Of a stretch of DNA of 64,000 nt, positions 19,478 to 29,647 are shown piece after piece. Position numbers and translations under genes: made by a program. The notes beneath the pieces were generated by a model, which was not told where the DNA came from, did not search any database, and saw only the letters and a program-made list of their open reading frames with translations. This DNA is from an uncultured bacterium (GTDB lineage: Bacteria; SAR324; NAC60-12), in the NCBI GenBank assembly GCA_964010765.1, contig CAXGMD010000002.1:1-64000 (forward strand). The letters run 5' to 3'. The first letter of the stretch is position 1. Each line of letters begins with the position of its first letter.

Positions 19478-20659
19478 ATGTCAGTAAATTATGAAGGCCG
19501 AAAAATTATGGGCTATCGACGTGAAAACGGCCGAGTTGGTGTAAGAAACCATGTGCTGATTCTTCCCTTGGATGATATTTCGAATGCCGCTTGTGAAGCA
19601 GTCGCCAACAACATCAAGGGAACAATCGCGATACCTCATGCTTATGGAAGGCTTCAATTTGGGGAAGATCTTGAGTTGCATTTCAAGACGATCATAGGAA
19701 CAGGAGCCAATCCGAATGTGGCTGCTTGCGTGGTAATTGGAATTGAACCCGGTTGGACACAGCGGGTGGTAGACGGCATCGCAGCAACAGGTAAACCAGT
19801 CGAAGGGTTTTCTATCGAGCAAAATGGTGACTTGAAAACCATCATGAACGCAAGCCGTGCCGCCAAAGAGATGGTTCATTTTGCGACGGAACTTCAGCGA
19901 GAAGAATGTGATATTTCAGAGTTGTGGATCTCTACAAAGTGCGGGGAGAGCGATACGACGACGGGCTTAGGATCTAATCCAACCGTTGGAAATATGTACG
20001 ACAAGCTTCTACCTGTCGGCATTACAGGTTGCTTTGGTGAAACCTCAGAGATTACAGGCGCAGAGCATATTTGTCGTCGACGTGCAGTCAATGAGGAAGT
20101 AGGAGAGCGCTGGTATAAGATGTGGAAAGCATACCAAGATGAAGTGATCTTTGCTCACCAAACTGATGATCTTTCTGATAGCCAGCCAACCAAGGGTAAT
20201 ATCGCAGGTGGCTTGACTACGATTGAAGAAAAAGCTCTCGGGAATCTTGAGAAAATTGGACGTACTTCAATGTATAAGGAAATTCTCGGGCCTGCTGAGA
20301 CGCCAAACTCAGGTGAGGGGCTTTACTTCATGGATTCTTCATCCGCTGCTGCAGAGTGTGTGACGATCATGGGGGCTGGTGGATTTGTGATCCACACCTT
20401 TCCAACAGGGCAAGGTAACGTGATTGGTCACCCAATCGTGCCCGTGATCAAAATTACAGCAAATCCGAGAACAATCCGGACAATGAGTGAACATATTGAT
20501 GTGGATGTTTCAGGAATTCTCAGAAGAGAAATGACAATTGATCAGGCGGGTGACGTCTTGATCGAAATGATCTGCCGTACTGCAAATGGTAGAAATACAG
20601 CTGCTGAAGCACTTGGTCATCGTGAATTTTCAATGACAAAGCTTTATCGAAGCGCGTAA
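19478..20659 (+). CDS. suyB: (R)-sulfolactate sulfo-lyase beta subunit (UxaA family)
   Basis: [52 protein letters not shown]-terminal KLYRSA. Confidence 0.9.
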   Translation: MSVNYEGRKIMGYRRENGRVGVRNHVLILPLDDISNAACEAVANNIKGTIAIPHAYGRLQFGEDLELHFKTIIGTGANPNVAACVVIGIEPGWTQRVVDGIAATGKPVEGFSIEQNGDLKTIMNASRAAKEMVHFATELQREECDISELWISTKCGESDTTTGLGSNPTVGNMYDKLLPVGITGCFGETSEITGAEHICRRRAVNEEVGERWYKMWKAYQDEVIFAHQTDDLSDSQPTKGNIAGGLTTIEEKALGNLEKIGRTSMYKEILGPAETPNSGEGLYFMDSSSAAAECVTIMGAGGFVIHTFPTGQGNVIGHPIVPVIKITANPRTIRTMSEHIDVDVSGILRREMTIDQAGDVLIEMICRTANGRNTAAEALGHREFSMTKLYRSA

Positions 20660-20666
20660 ATGAGCC

Positions 20667-20700
20667 GGGTGATCAATCTAATCTCATGAATTGATCACCC
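20667..20700. terminator. Hairpin at the convergent suyB / exporter junction
   Basis: GGGTGATCAAT...ATTGATCACCC, an 11-bp stem overlapping the exporter stop codon. Confidence 0.5.
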
Positions 20701-21832
20701 CAATCAATAGATAGCTCACTAGCCCCACTGTTGAAGCTGCCAAGCAACCTGCTACGAAAGGTTTTAAACCTAGTTCTTTAAGATTGGCAAACCTGGTATT
20801 CAATCCAATTGCAGCCAAAGCAATGACTAATACTTGCACTGTCAAAGATTTAAGAATCCCGCCAAATCCCTGCCAGTTTTCTTCAGAAATCACCCCCAAA
20901 ACTTTCTCCGAAGATTCTAAACTAAAGTCACCTAGTGACCTAAAAGTTGCCATAAATAAAAACCAAATTATAAATAAAGGTATATACTTTTTAAGTTTCA
21001 GTTTTGGTTGTGATCCAGTTGTAGATTCATTCTGAAAATTTTCTCCATAAACCGAAGAGAAATATGCAATTAAAGGTAAAACTAAAATCATACATATATT
21101 TCTAAATAATTTGGTAATGACAGCAATTTCTAAAGCTAGGGGTTGATTAAAAAGATCCGCATAAAGTAAGGCTGAACCAGTTACCTGTGATGTGTCATGA
21201 ACAGCAGTACCCAAGAAGTAACCGACTTTTGTTGGTTCATTTTCAAAAAGATGGTTTGCAAGATACGGATACCCAATAGTGGCTAAAATCCCAAAGACTG
21301 TAATCACCGAAACAGCATAAGCAATCTCTTCCTTCTTTGCCCGAATGATTGGGCCAGTTGCCACAATCGCTGTAACTCCACAGATTGAAGTTCCTACCGC
21401 TATTAAAATCCCCAGATTCTTCGGCAGACCAAGCAGTTTCGATAGAAAAATCGTAAAAATGATCCCAGTGATAATGCATCCTAAGACAACTGGGATACTC
21501 TCTAAGCCAGCGGTAAAAATATCAGAAAGACTCAATTGAAATCCAAGAAGGATAATCCCAAAGCTAAGCAATTTCTTTCCAGAAAAAATCAGCCCAGAAT
21601 CACATGATTTAGGAATTGAGATTAGATTGCTGACTAAAATGCCAATGATGATTGCCAGCATTACTGGTGAGATAGGTGATTTCTCAAAACTCAAAATATC
21701 TTCACCAATTATTTCACTGAGAAGGAAACTGAAATAACCAACTACAACAGCAAGTACAAAACCTGGTAAAATTTCTCTTAAGGCTTTAATTTTTGATAAA
21801 TAATTTGAATCTATAGATTTTACTGATACCAC
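20684..21832 (-). CDS. YeiH/UPF0324 putative sulfate/sulfite exporter (SuyZ/TauZ-like)
   Basis: Polytopic membrane protein; GTSICGVTAIVA, GTAVHDTSQV, ITKLFRN, AAIGLNT; adjacent to suyAB. Confidence 0.85.
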   Translation of the reverse strand: MVSVKSIDSNYLSKIKALREILPGFVLAVVVGYFSFLLSEIIGEDILSFEKSPISPVMLAIIIGILVSNLISIPKSCDSGLIFSGKKLLSFGIILLGFQLSLSDIFTAGLESIPVVLGCIITGIIFTIFLSKLLGLPKNLGILIAVGTSICGVTAIVATGPIIRAKKEEIAYAVSVITVFGILATIGYPYLANHLFENEPTKVGYFLGTAVHDTSQVTGSALLYADLFNQPLALEIAVITKLFRNICMILVLPLIAYFSSVYGENFQNESTTGSQPKLKLKKYIPLFIIWFLFMATFRSLGDFSLESSEKVLGVISEENWQGFGGILKSLTVQVLVIALAAIGLNTRFANLKELGLKPFVAGCLAASTVGLVSYLLIGVINS

Positions 21833-22078
21833 TTTCGCAAGTCCCTGAATAAAATAAAATTAGACATAATTTAAAGTCTAATTTTTAAAGTAAACCCAAA
21901 AAGATTCAAGAGGAATAGAAAGTAGTTTCAGAGCATTTTTTGAAATCTTGAACTGGCTGGAAGAATTGTTTAGGCAAGGTAAACAAGTACGTAGAAAAAT
22001 GAAATCAGAAGAGTCATTTTTGTGGAAGCTTGCCTAAGTCAATCAGTTTGATTTAGGCAAAGATTACAAGGTTGGTAC

Positions 22079-22429
22079 TTAACTGCAAACAGCGGAAGTT
22101 GGAAAATCAGCACACCATTTTGTCTTTTTCTCGATTGCTGCTTTGCCCTCAGGGCAACTTGCGGACATTGGGAACTGGGTGCAAAAGGCGTTTTGTTTCT
22201 GAATGGCTGCTCTGCCATCTGGACAGGTCACAGATAATGGAAATTCTGCGCAGAAGGCATCCTGCTTCGCTATTGCATTTTTTCCATCTGGGCAACTTGC
22301 TGACATAGGAAACTGTCTGCAAAAATCATCTAATGACGCTTGCCCAGGGTTAGCAGCCTGTTGTGTACAACCTACTGCGGACATTACCATACTGAACACA
22401 ACACTACCGTAGAAAAGTTTTTTCATCAT
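22079..22429 (-). CDS. Small lipoprotein with 3.5 tandem 23-aa Cys-pair repeats
   Basis: MMKK + hydrophobic stretch + lipobox AVG-C; GGAG RBS; repeat FCxxFPxSxxCPxGxxAIxKxxx. Confidence 0.75.
   Translation of the reverse strand: MMKKLFYGSVVFSMVMSAVGCTQQAANPGQASLDDFCRQFPMSASCPDGKNAIAKQDAFCAEFPLSVTCPDGRAAIQKQNAFCTQFPMSASCPEGKAAIEKKTKWCADFPTSAVCS
22085..22324 (-). repeat. 69-bp-period degenerate coding tandem repeat
   Basis: FCRQFPMSASCPDGKNAIAKQDA / FCAEFPLSVTCPDGRAAIQKQNA / FCTQFPMSASCPEGKAAIEKKTK / WCADFPTSAVC. Confidence 0.85.
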
Positions 22430-22674
22430 TGGGGTGCTCCAAAGTGATTAAAAATATCATCAACTTTTTTCAAAAAAGTTAACCCTTTTGGAATACAGTA
22501 GCTAAGATCATATTTCAACTGTCTAACAAAACTCTAACAATTCAGTAGTTTCCCCCCTGTTGAAGGCTATTTCAAAATGCATCTTCAGGAAATACTTGCA
22601 GAGGTAAGCCAAAGATTTGAAACTAATAATAATGAAATTTTATTTTCCATTTAATACCCACTAAAAAGCACCTA

Positions 22675-25600
22675 ATGTCCGAAGAGCCAAAAAGCAATTT
22701 AGATTCTGAACATGGTAGTAAATTAAATGACATGATTCGGGTAACCGGTGCTTGTGAACACAATCTGAAGAATCTGAGTTTGGATATTCCAAAGGGGACT
22801 TTGACTGTGTTTACGGGGGTAAGCGGCTCAGGGAAATCTTCTCTAGCTTTTGACACCATCTTTCAAGAAGGACAAAGACGTTTTGTCGAATCACTATCAG
22901 CATATGCTCGACAATTTCTGGGCCAGTTGGAAAAACCAAAGGTCGAACATATTGAAGGCTTGAGTCCAACCATCTCAGTTGATCAGAAAACTGTTAACCG
23001 GAATCCACGCTCAACGGTCGGGACGGTAACTGAAATCTATGACCATCTACGATTACTGTTCGCTCGTTTGGGGCAACCGCACTGTCCTGTATGCAAAACC
23101 CCGATCTCCAGTCAAACCCCAGAACAGATCACCGATCATGCTTATGCAGTAGCACTCGATGAGGCTTGCTTGATCTTAGCTCCAATGGTGCGTGAGAGAA
23201 AAGGAGAGTATAGAAAGGAACTCCAACAATGGGCACAAGATGGATTTGTCAGAGCTCGGATTGATGGAGAGATTCGTAGGCTTGATGAAGAGATTGAGCT
23301 TAAACGATATGAAAAACACAGTATTGAACTGGTTCTGGACCGACTCATCTTAAGCTCAGATGAAAAAAGTCGCCTAACTGAAGGCGTCGAGAAAGCGCTT
23401 AAAATGAGTGAGGGATTAGTCATTCTGAACTTCAAGGAAGAAGATCATCTCTTCAGCCAATTGAGTGCTTGTCCAACCTGCCAGATCTCACTACCCGAAC
23501 AGGAACCTCGCCTGTTCTCTTTTAATGCTCCCCAAGGTGCTTGTCCAACTTGCAATGGCCTGGGCGAGACTCGTCAGTTTGTAGAAGAAAGACTCTGTGA
23601 TTCAGAAAAATCTCTGAAAGACGCTGCTGTCCAATGTGTAACCGCCAACGGGAACATTCATTTCACGAAAATTGACAAATCCCACCTTTTTTCAGCTGCC
23701 AAGATGTTGGATCTTGATCTGAATTTGCCGTGGGGTGAGCTACCTGAGCAGCAGAAAGAGCAGTTTCTGAAGGGAAATGCCCAAGTTTCTCTTTATGTGG
23801 GCAACGTTTTTCGATTCCCCTCCCATCTAAAAAAACAAATCAAAGCAGGCAAGTGGGCTGGTGTGATTCCGATTTTGGAGTTTGTTTACAGGTTTGCAAA
23901 AGGACCCTTGGAGCGCTTCCAAATGCGCGCTATTTGTCCGGATTGTGGCGGAAGCCGACTCAATGCGATGGCAAGGGCTGTAACCTTCCGAGATCAAAAC
24001 ATTGTTGACCTCGGTGATTGCTCGGTCACCGAAGCACTCACTTTTTTTGAATGCTTGGAACTAGCGGATAGAGAAGAATTGATTGGTCGGGATCTTTTTC
24101 GTGAAATTCGTTCGCGCCTCTCATTCTTAAATGAGGTCGGATTGGGGTACCTCAGCCTTCAACGTTCAGCTGCTACGCTTTCTGGAGGGGAAGGCCAGCG
24201 TATTCGCTTGGCAAGTCAACTAGGCTCGGGTCTTCAGGGAGTGCTCTACGTTCTTGATGAACCAAGCATTGGTCTGCATCAAAGTGACAATCAGCGACTG
24301 ATCAAAACTTTGGAAATGCTTCGAGACCGTGGAAACACAGTTTTTGTGGTTGAACATGATGAAGAAACGATCCGTGCTGCTGATCATATCATTGATATCG
24401 GACCCACAGCGGGTCGAGATGGGGGAAACATTACTGCGCAAGGGTGCTTTCAAGAGATTCTGGACTCTAGTGAATCTGTTACAGCTCAGTTCTTGGTTGG
24501 GCAAGAAAAAATGCCAGTTCCGACTGAACGTAGAGATCCAGATGGACGCTGCTTATCGATTCGGAATGCACGTTTGCATAATTTGGTGGGCCTTGATGTC
24601 GAAATTCCCCTTGGACTGTTTGTCGTTTTGGCTGGAGTCAGTGGCTCTGGAAAATCGAGCCTAGTCCATGGAATCCTGCGTCCCGCCTTATTGCAACATC
24701 TGCAAGGAAGTGGAAAAGATGACTCTCATGAACCGGTCGAGGAGGAATCATCAAAAGAAATCAAAGGCAGGTGGGATAATGTTGCAGGTCTGGAGCATCT
24801 GGACCGACTAATTGAAATCAATCAGTCCCCGATTGGTAGAACTCCAAGGAGTAACCCGGCTACCTATACCAAAGTTTTTGACTTGATTCGTGATCTCTTC
24901 ACCATGCTTCCAGAGTCAAGGATTCGCGGATACAACAAGGGTCGATTCTCCTTCAATGTCAAGGGAGGGCGATGCGAAGACTGCAAGGGTGCTGGGCTGA
25001 AAACCATTGAGATGCAGTTTTTGAGTGATGTTCAAATTCCCTGTGAAACCTGTGATGGAAAGCGATTCAATGCCGAAACTCTGCAGATTCGATACAAGCA
25101 CAAAACGATCTTTGAAATTCTTGAACTGACGATCACAGAAGCTGCTGAACTTTTTGAAAACCAACCAAAAATCCTTCACATCCTTCAGACTCTGCTGGAT
25201 GTTGGCTTAGGGTATGTCAAACTTGGGCAGCCCTCGACCACCCTCAGTGGGGGCGAAGCTCAGCGTGTGAAGTTGGCTTCAGAATTACGAAAAAAATCCA
25301 CAGGTCGGACACTGTATTTACTAGATGAACCTACGACAGGTCTTCATTTTCAGGACATCCGTACGCTGCTACAGACTCTGGATCGCTTGGTTGAACAAGG
25401 TAATAGTGTGTTGGTCATTGAACACAATCTCGATGTTTTGCGCTTTGCCGATCAAGTCATTGAATTGGGGCCTGGGGGAGGTAAATTCGGAGGTAAATTG
25501 GTGGGCCACGGTACCCCAGAGGAATTGGCTGAAAGGAATACCTTAACAGGCGGATTCCTAAGGCCATTTTTGGAGAAGCAGTTAAATGAAGAATCCTCCA

Positions 25601-28326
25601 GAGTTGAGGAAGTAAAAGAACCTTCTGCAATAAATGGATTTCAGAGTGAAAGAAAAGAAAGAGATCTAGTTGTTCGGGGAGCAAGTAAAAACAACCTACG
25701 ACATGTGAATGTTGAAATCCCAAAGCATCAGTTTACGGTTATTACAGGGGTTAGCGGTTCTGGAAAGACTTCTCTGGCCTTTGATACAATCTTCGCAGAG
25801 GGGCAGGCTCGATATGTCGAATCCCTCTCCACATATGCAAGAAGATTTCTCGGTAGAATGGATAAGGCCCCTGTTGATAGCATTGATGGACTGGCACCAG
25901 CGATTGCCATTAATCAGAAAGCTACCAGTCGCAATCCCCGCTCTATTGTCGCAACCACCACGGAGATTTTCGACTATCTTCGTCTTCTATACGCAAGAAT
26001 TGGTGTAGCTCATTGTCCAAAGACAGGGGCACAACTGGAAAGCTTCACGGCAACTCGGGCTGCCAAATTCCTTGTAGATCATTATGAAGGAGATCGGCTC
26101 GAAATCCTGGCTCCATTATTTAGGCCAGATTCCAAGCACTCCACCTTATTAAAACACCCAAAAGAACTTCCAGAACATCTGGCAGCACTTCAACAATCTG
26201 GGTTCCTCAGGGTTTATATTGGGGATAAATTGATTCTAATTGATGATTGGGAGTCCGAATCAAAAAAACTTAAACTTACCAAGTCCGTAGCGGTTTGGTT
26301 GGTTGTGGATAGGATCAGAGTGAGTGTCGAGGAACAGCAAAGATTAGCAGAGAGCGCTAGCATCGCTTATGAACAGGGAATTGGCTTGTTTTGCGCTCGT
26401 CGTCCGGACGACCAAAAGATGATCTGGTTTTCTGAAGTCCCTGGCAATGTTAAAAGTGACTACTACTTGACTCACGATCTCAACCCAAGAATGTTCTCCT
26501 TCAACTCTCATGTTGGAGCATGCCCAGATTGTGATGGACTCGGGGAAATCGAACTGACTGGAAATCTGGATTTTGATGAAGACGTAGATGCGGATTCACT
26601 AGTTTTTCGTACTTGTAAGACATGCGATGGGGAAAGGTTGAAGCCCGAATATCGATCTGTTTTGATTCGACAGAGGAATATCCTCCAGTTGTGCAAATTG
26701 CGAGTAGATGAGGCCCTACGCGAAGTGAGTACTTGGGAACTTAGCGCAACCGAACAAGCAATCGCTCAGCAGGCGCTTCAGGAAATCCTCAGTCGCTTGA
26801 AATTCCTGCGCAATGTAGGACTCGGCTACCTTACGCTAGATCAGCGATCCAACACGCTCTCAGGTGGCGAAGCTCAACGCATTCGTCTAGCTTCTCAAAT
26901 TGGCTCTGGGCTGACTGGGGTGCTGTATGTCCTGGATGAACCTACGATTGGCCTGCACCCAAGAGATACAGAGCGATTATTGAAAACTTTGCTACAGCTA
27001 CGTGACCTTGGAAATACGGTCCTGCTAGTTGAACATGATCTTGATGTGATCAATCGCGCGGATCATCTGATTGATATCGGTCCTGGGGCTGGACACTACG
27101 GTGGAAAAATCATCGCATCTGGAAAACCAGGGGATCTAGCCTTGGATTCAGAATCCATCACAGGGCAATATTTGAGTCATGGACAAAGGATTCCGATTCC
27201 ACATAGAAGACTTCCCAATCCAGCACGACAGATCACGATTTCAAACGCCAAGGCAAATAATCTCAAGGATATTTCAGTTGATATCCCAAAGGGTTGTCTA
27301 ACGGTTGTGACTGGAGTGAGTGGTTCAGGTAAATCATCTCTGATCATTGATGTCTTGCAGAAAGCTGTAGCAAAGAAGCTTTCTGGGTATGTAGGTGAAA
27401 TTGGAGAACACAAAGCGATCAAGGGCTTAGAACAACTAAAGTATCTGAGAATCATTGATCAAGAGCCGATTGGTCGTACCCCCAGAAGTAATCCCTCCAC
27501 ATACACAGGTGCACTGTCGCCAATTCGTGATTTGTTTTCCCAACTTCCTGCAGCAAAGCAAAGAGGATTTGCTCCAAGACGTTTTTCTTTTAATTCCGTC
27601 GAAGGAAGATGTGCTGCCTGTGATGGTCAGGGATATCATCTTATTGAAATGCACTTTCTCTCAGATGTTTGGGTTACTTGTGATCAATGTCAGGGCAAGC
27701 GATACAATAGGGAAACTTTGAGCGTAGAGTACAAGGGGCACACAATCGCAGATGTACTCAACCTTGAAATTGAACAGGCTTGTCAACTGTTTGCAGCTCA
27801 GCACAAGATCTTAAGAATTCTGCAAACCCTGAGAGATGTTGGCCTTGGATATATGAAGTTGGGTCAGGCGGGGAATACTCTATCAGGCGGGGAAGCACAA
27901 CGGCTGAAGCTCTCGGCTGAACTCTCTCGCAGATCTAAAGGAGAAACACTCTACATTCTGGATGAACCAACCACGGGACTACATATCGATGATGTGAGGC
28001 GTCTACTAGAGGTGCTCCATAGAATTGTGGATGATGGTGGAACAATGGTGATCATTGAGCACAACTTGGAAGTCATCAAATCAGCTGATTGGATTATTGA
28101 TCTTGGACCCGAAGGAGGAATTCACGGAGGAGAGGTGGTTGTAACTGGAACGCCTGAGCAAGTCATGGCTTGTGAAGCCAGTCATACCGGAAGAGCACTT
28201 TGGCCTGTTCTCAGTAACCAGATTTTTGAAGGGAAACGTTCCAAAACAAGTTCATCAAAAAATATTCTGATTCCTCAGCAGCAGCCTTCATGGAATTCTG
28301 GACTTACGGCTGATCAACGAAGATAG
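22675..28326 (+). CDS. uvrA: Double-length excinuclease ABC subunit A (two fused UvrA units, four ABC ATPase domains)
   Basis: Four GVSGSGK[ST] Walker A motifs, four LSGGE[AG]QR signatures, two RFVESLS/RYVESLS motifs and two PIGRTPRSNP motifs. Confidence 0.95.
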   Translation: MSEEPKSNLDSEHGSKLNDMIRVTGACEHNLKNLSLDIPKGTLTVFTGVSGSGKSSLAFDTIFQEGQRRFVESLSAYARQFLGQLEKPKVEHIEGLSPTISVDQKTVNRNPRSTVGTVTEIYDHLRLLFARLGQPHCPVCKTPISSQTPEQITDHAYAVALDEACLILAPMVRERKGEYRKELQQWAQDGFVRARIDGEIRRLDEEIELKRYEKHSIELVLDRLILSSDEKSRLTEGVEKALKMSEGLVILNFKEEDHLFSQLSACPTCQISLPEQEPRLFSFNAPQGACPTCNGLGETRQFVEERLCDSEKSLKDAAVQCVTANGNIHFTKIDKSHLFSAAKMLDLDLNLPWGELPEQQKEQFLKGNAQVSLYVGNVFRFPSHLKKQIKAGKWAGVIPILEFVYRFAKGPLERFQMRAICPDCGGSRLNAMARAVTFRDQNIVDLGDCSVTEALTFFECLELADREELIGRDLFREIRSRLSFLNEVGLGYLSLQRSAATLSGGEGQRIRLASQLGSGLQGVLYVLDEPSIGLHQSDNQRLIKTLEMLRDRGNTVFVVEHDEETIRAADHIIDIGPTAGRDGGNITAQGCFQEILDSSESVTAQFLVGQEKMPVPTERRDPDGRCLSIRNARLHNLVGLDVEIPLGLFVVLAGVSGSGKSSLVHGILRPALLQHLQGSGKDDSHEPVEEESSKEIKGRWDNVAGLEHLDRLIEINQSPIGRTPRSNPATYTKVFDLIRDLFTMLPESRIRGYNKGRFSFNVKGGRCEDCKGAGLKTIEMQFLSDVQIPCETCDGKRFNAETLQIRYKHKTIFEILELTITEAAELFENQPKILHILQTLLDVGLGYVKLGQPSTTLSGGEAQRVKLASELRKKSTGRTLYLLDEPTTGLHFQDIRTLLQTLDRLVEQGNSVLVIEHNLDVLRFADQVIELGPGGGKFGGKLVGHGTPEELAERNTLTGGFLRPFLEKQLNEESSRVEEVKEPSAINGFQSERKERDLVVRGASKNNLRHVNVEIPKHQFTVITGVSGSGKTSLAFDTIFAEGQARYVESLSTYARRFLGRMDKAPVDSIDGLAPAIAINQKATSRNPRSIVATTTEIFDYLRLLYARIGVAHCPKTGAQLESFTATRAAKFLVDHYEGDRLEILAPLFRPDSKHSTLLKHPKELPEHLAALQQSGFLRVYIGDKLILIDDWESESKKLKLTKSVAVWLVVDRIRVSVEEQQRLAESASIAYEQGIGLFCARRPDDQKMIWFSEVPGNVKSDYYLTHDLNPRMFSFNSHVGACPDCDGLGEIELTGNLDFDEDVDADSLVFRTCKTCDGERLKPEYRSVLIRQRNILQLCKLRVDEALREVSTWELSATEQAIAQQALQEILSRLKFLRNVGLGYLTLDQRSNTLSGGEAQRIRLASQIGSGLTGVLYVLDEPTIGLHPRDTERLLKTLLQLRDLGNTVLLVEHDLDVINRADHLIDIGPGAGHYGGKIIASGKPGDLALDSESITGQYLSHGQRIPIPHRRLPNPARQITISNAKANNLKDISVDIPKGCLTVVTGVSGSGKSSLIIDVLQKAVAKKLSGYVGEIGEHKAIKGLEQLKYLRIIDQEPIGRTPRSNPSTYTGALSPIRDLFSQLPAAKQRGFAPRRFSFNSVEGRCAACDGQGYHLIEMHFLSDVWVTCDQCQGKRYNRETLSVEYKGHTIADVLNLEIEQACQLFAAQHKILRILQTLRDVGLGYMKLGQAGNTLSGGEAQRLKLSAELSRRSKGETLYILDEPTTGLHIDDVRRLLEVLHRIVDDGGTMVIIEHNLEVIKSADWIIDLGPEGGIHGGEVVVTGTPEQVMACEASHTGRALWPVLSNQIFEGKRSKTSSSKNILIPQQQPSWNSGLTADQRR

Positions 28327-29599
28327 CCCGAAAGTCATTGACATTCGTCATGGTGGGACCAGTTAATACAAGCTGATCCAATTGCTGAAAGAAACTGTAG
28401 GCATCATTATTAGCGAGGAAATCATTGGGTTTGAGATTTAACTGTTTTGCTTTGAGAAGGCTTCTTTGATCTATCCAGGCACCCGCGTTGTCCTCTGTTC
28501 CATCAATACCATCCGTGTCAACAGCGATTGCTGAAATCCCCTCTTCGCCCTGCAAGGCTTCAAGCAGGGACAAAATGAACTCTGCATTCCTACCTCCCTT
28601 ACCATTACCCCGAACCGTGACGGTGGTTTCTCCCCCAGACAAGATCATTGCTGGGGCGTTGAGTGGTTGATCTCGATGCTTGATCTGCTTCGCAATCGCT
28701 GCATGAACCTTGGCTACCTCCCTGGCCTCACCTTCAATACGATCGCTTAGGATGATGGGTGTAATTCCGAACTTCTCAGCTTCTTTTGCAGCAGCTTCGA
28801 GCATCAATTGCGGAGTGGCAACCAACCTTACTTGATTCCTTGAAAAAATGTTTTCCCGAGGTTTGGGAGTTTCTTCTTCAGCTGCTTCTAAAAGTGCTTG
28901 AATCGCTGGGGTTGGTTGTATTTGATACCTTCTTAAAATCTCTAGAGCATCTGCAAAGGTAGTGGGGTCTGGAACAGTTGGGCCAGAAGCAATCACAGAG
29001 AGATCATCTCCTGGAACATCTGAAATTGCGAGAGTCCAGAGTCTTGCTGGCTGAACTGCTCCAGCGAGACGCCCACCTTTGATTGAAGAAAGATGTTTGC
29101 GGACGCAATTGATTTCTCCAATCGTAGCCCCAGAATGGAGAAGGGATCTGTTGAGTGCTTGTTTGTCTTGAAGGGTCAGACCCTTAGCAGGTAAGGCCAA
29201 CAAAGCAGATCCGCCACCAGAAATTAGGCAGATTACCAGATCTCGATCAGTAGCAGTTTTGGCTAGATTCAGAATTCTTTGAGCCGTAATTTGGCCAATT
29301 TCGTCTGGTACTGGATGAGATGCTTCGACTATTTCAATTGAATTACAATGTACTCCATAGCCATAGCGTGTCAGAACCAGACCACACAAATTTGCTCCCC
29401 AATCGGTTCCCTGCCAATGACACTCCAACGCATTGGCCATCTCGGCTGAGGCCTTTCCGGCACCTAAAACTATGATTTGTTCTGGTAATTTTTCTGTCTG
29501 TTGAATTTCTTTCAAGTACCCAGGCAGACAAATTTTGGGCTGTGAGCGTTGAATGGCTGCCTTTAACGTTTGATCAAGAATCTCAGGAAGTGAACTCAT
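28304..29599 (-). CDS. Glycerate 2-kinase / hydroxypyruvate reductase (TtuD/MOFRL family)
   Basis: GAGKAS, ASHPVPD, LISGGGSAL, ISDVPGDD, GGETTV, GGRN, TDGIDG, TGPTMTNVND. Confidence 0.92.
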   Translation of the reverse strand: MSSLPEILDQTLKAAIQRSQPKICLPGYLKEIQQTEKLPEQIIVLGAGKASAEMANALECHWQGTDWGANLCGLVLTRYGYGVHCNSIEIVEASHPVPDEIGQITAQRILNLAKTATDRDLVICLISGGGSALLALPAKGLTLQDKQALNRSLLHSGATIGEINCVRKHLSSIKGGRLAGAVQPARLWTLAISDVPGDDLSVIASGPTVPDPTTFADALEILRRYQIQPTPAIQALLEAAEEETPKPRENIFSRNQVRLVATPQLMLEAAAKEAEKFGITPIILSDRIEGEAREVAKVHAAIAKQIKHRDQPLNAPAMILSGGETTVTVRGNGKGGRNAEFILSLLEALQGEEGISAIAVDTDGIDGTEDNAGAWIDQRSLLKAKQLNLKPNDFLANNDAYSFFQQLDQLVLTGPTMTNVNDFRAIFVDQP

Positions 29600-29647
29600 T
29601 TTTCATCTCTTAAAATATCAAGAAGTCATTGAGATCTTTGAAATTAT

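Noticed and set aside
22085..22324. 69-bp periodicity as a CRISPR array
   Set aside because: Units are degenerate in-frame coding repeats with no constant-repeat/unique-spacer pattern, and there are no cas genes.
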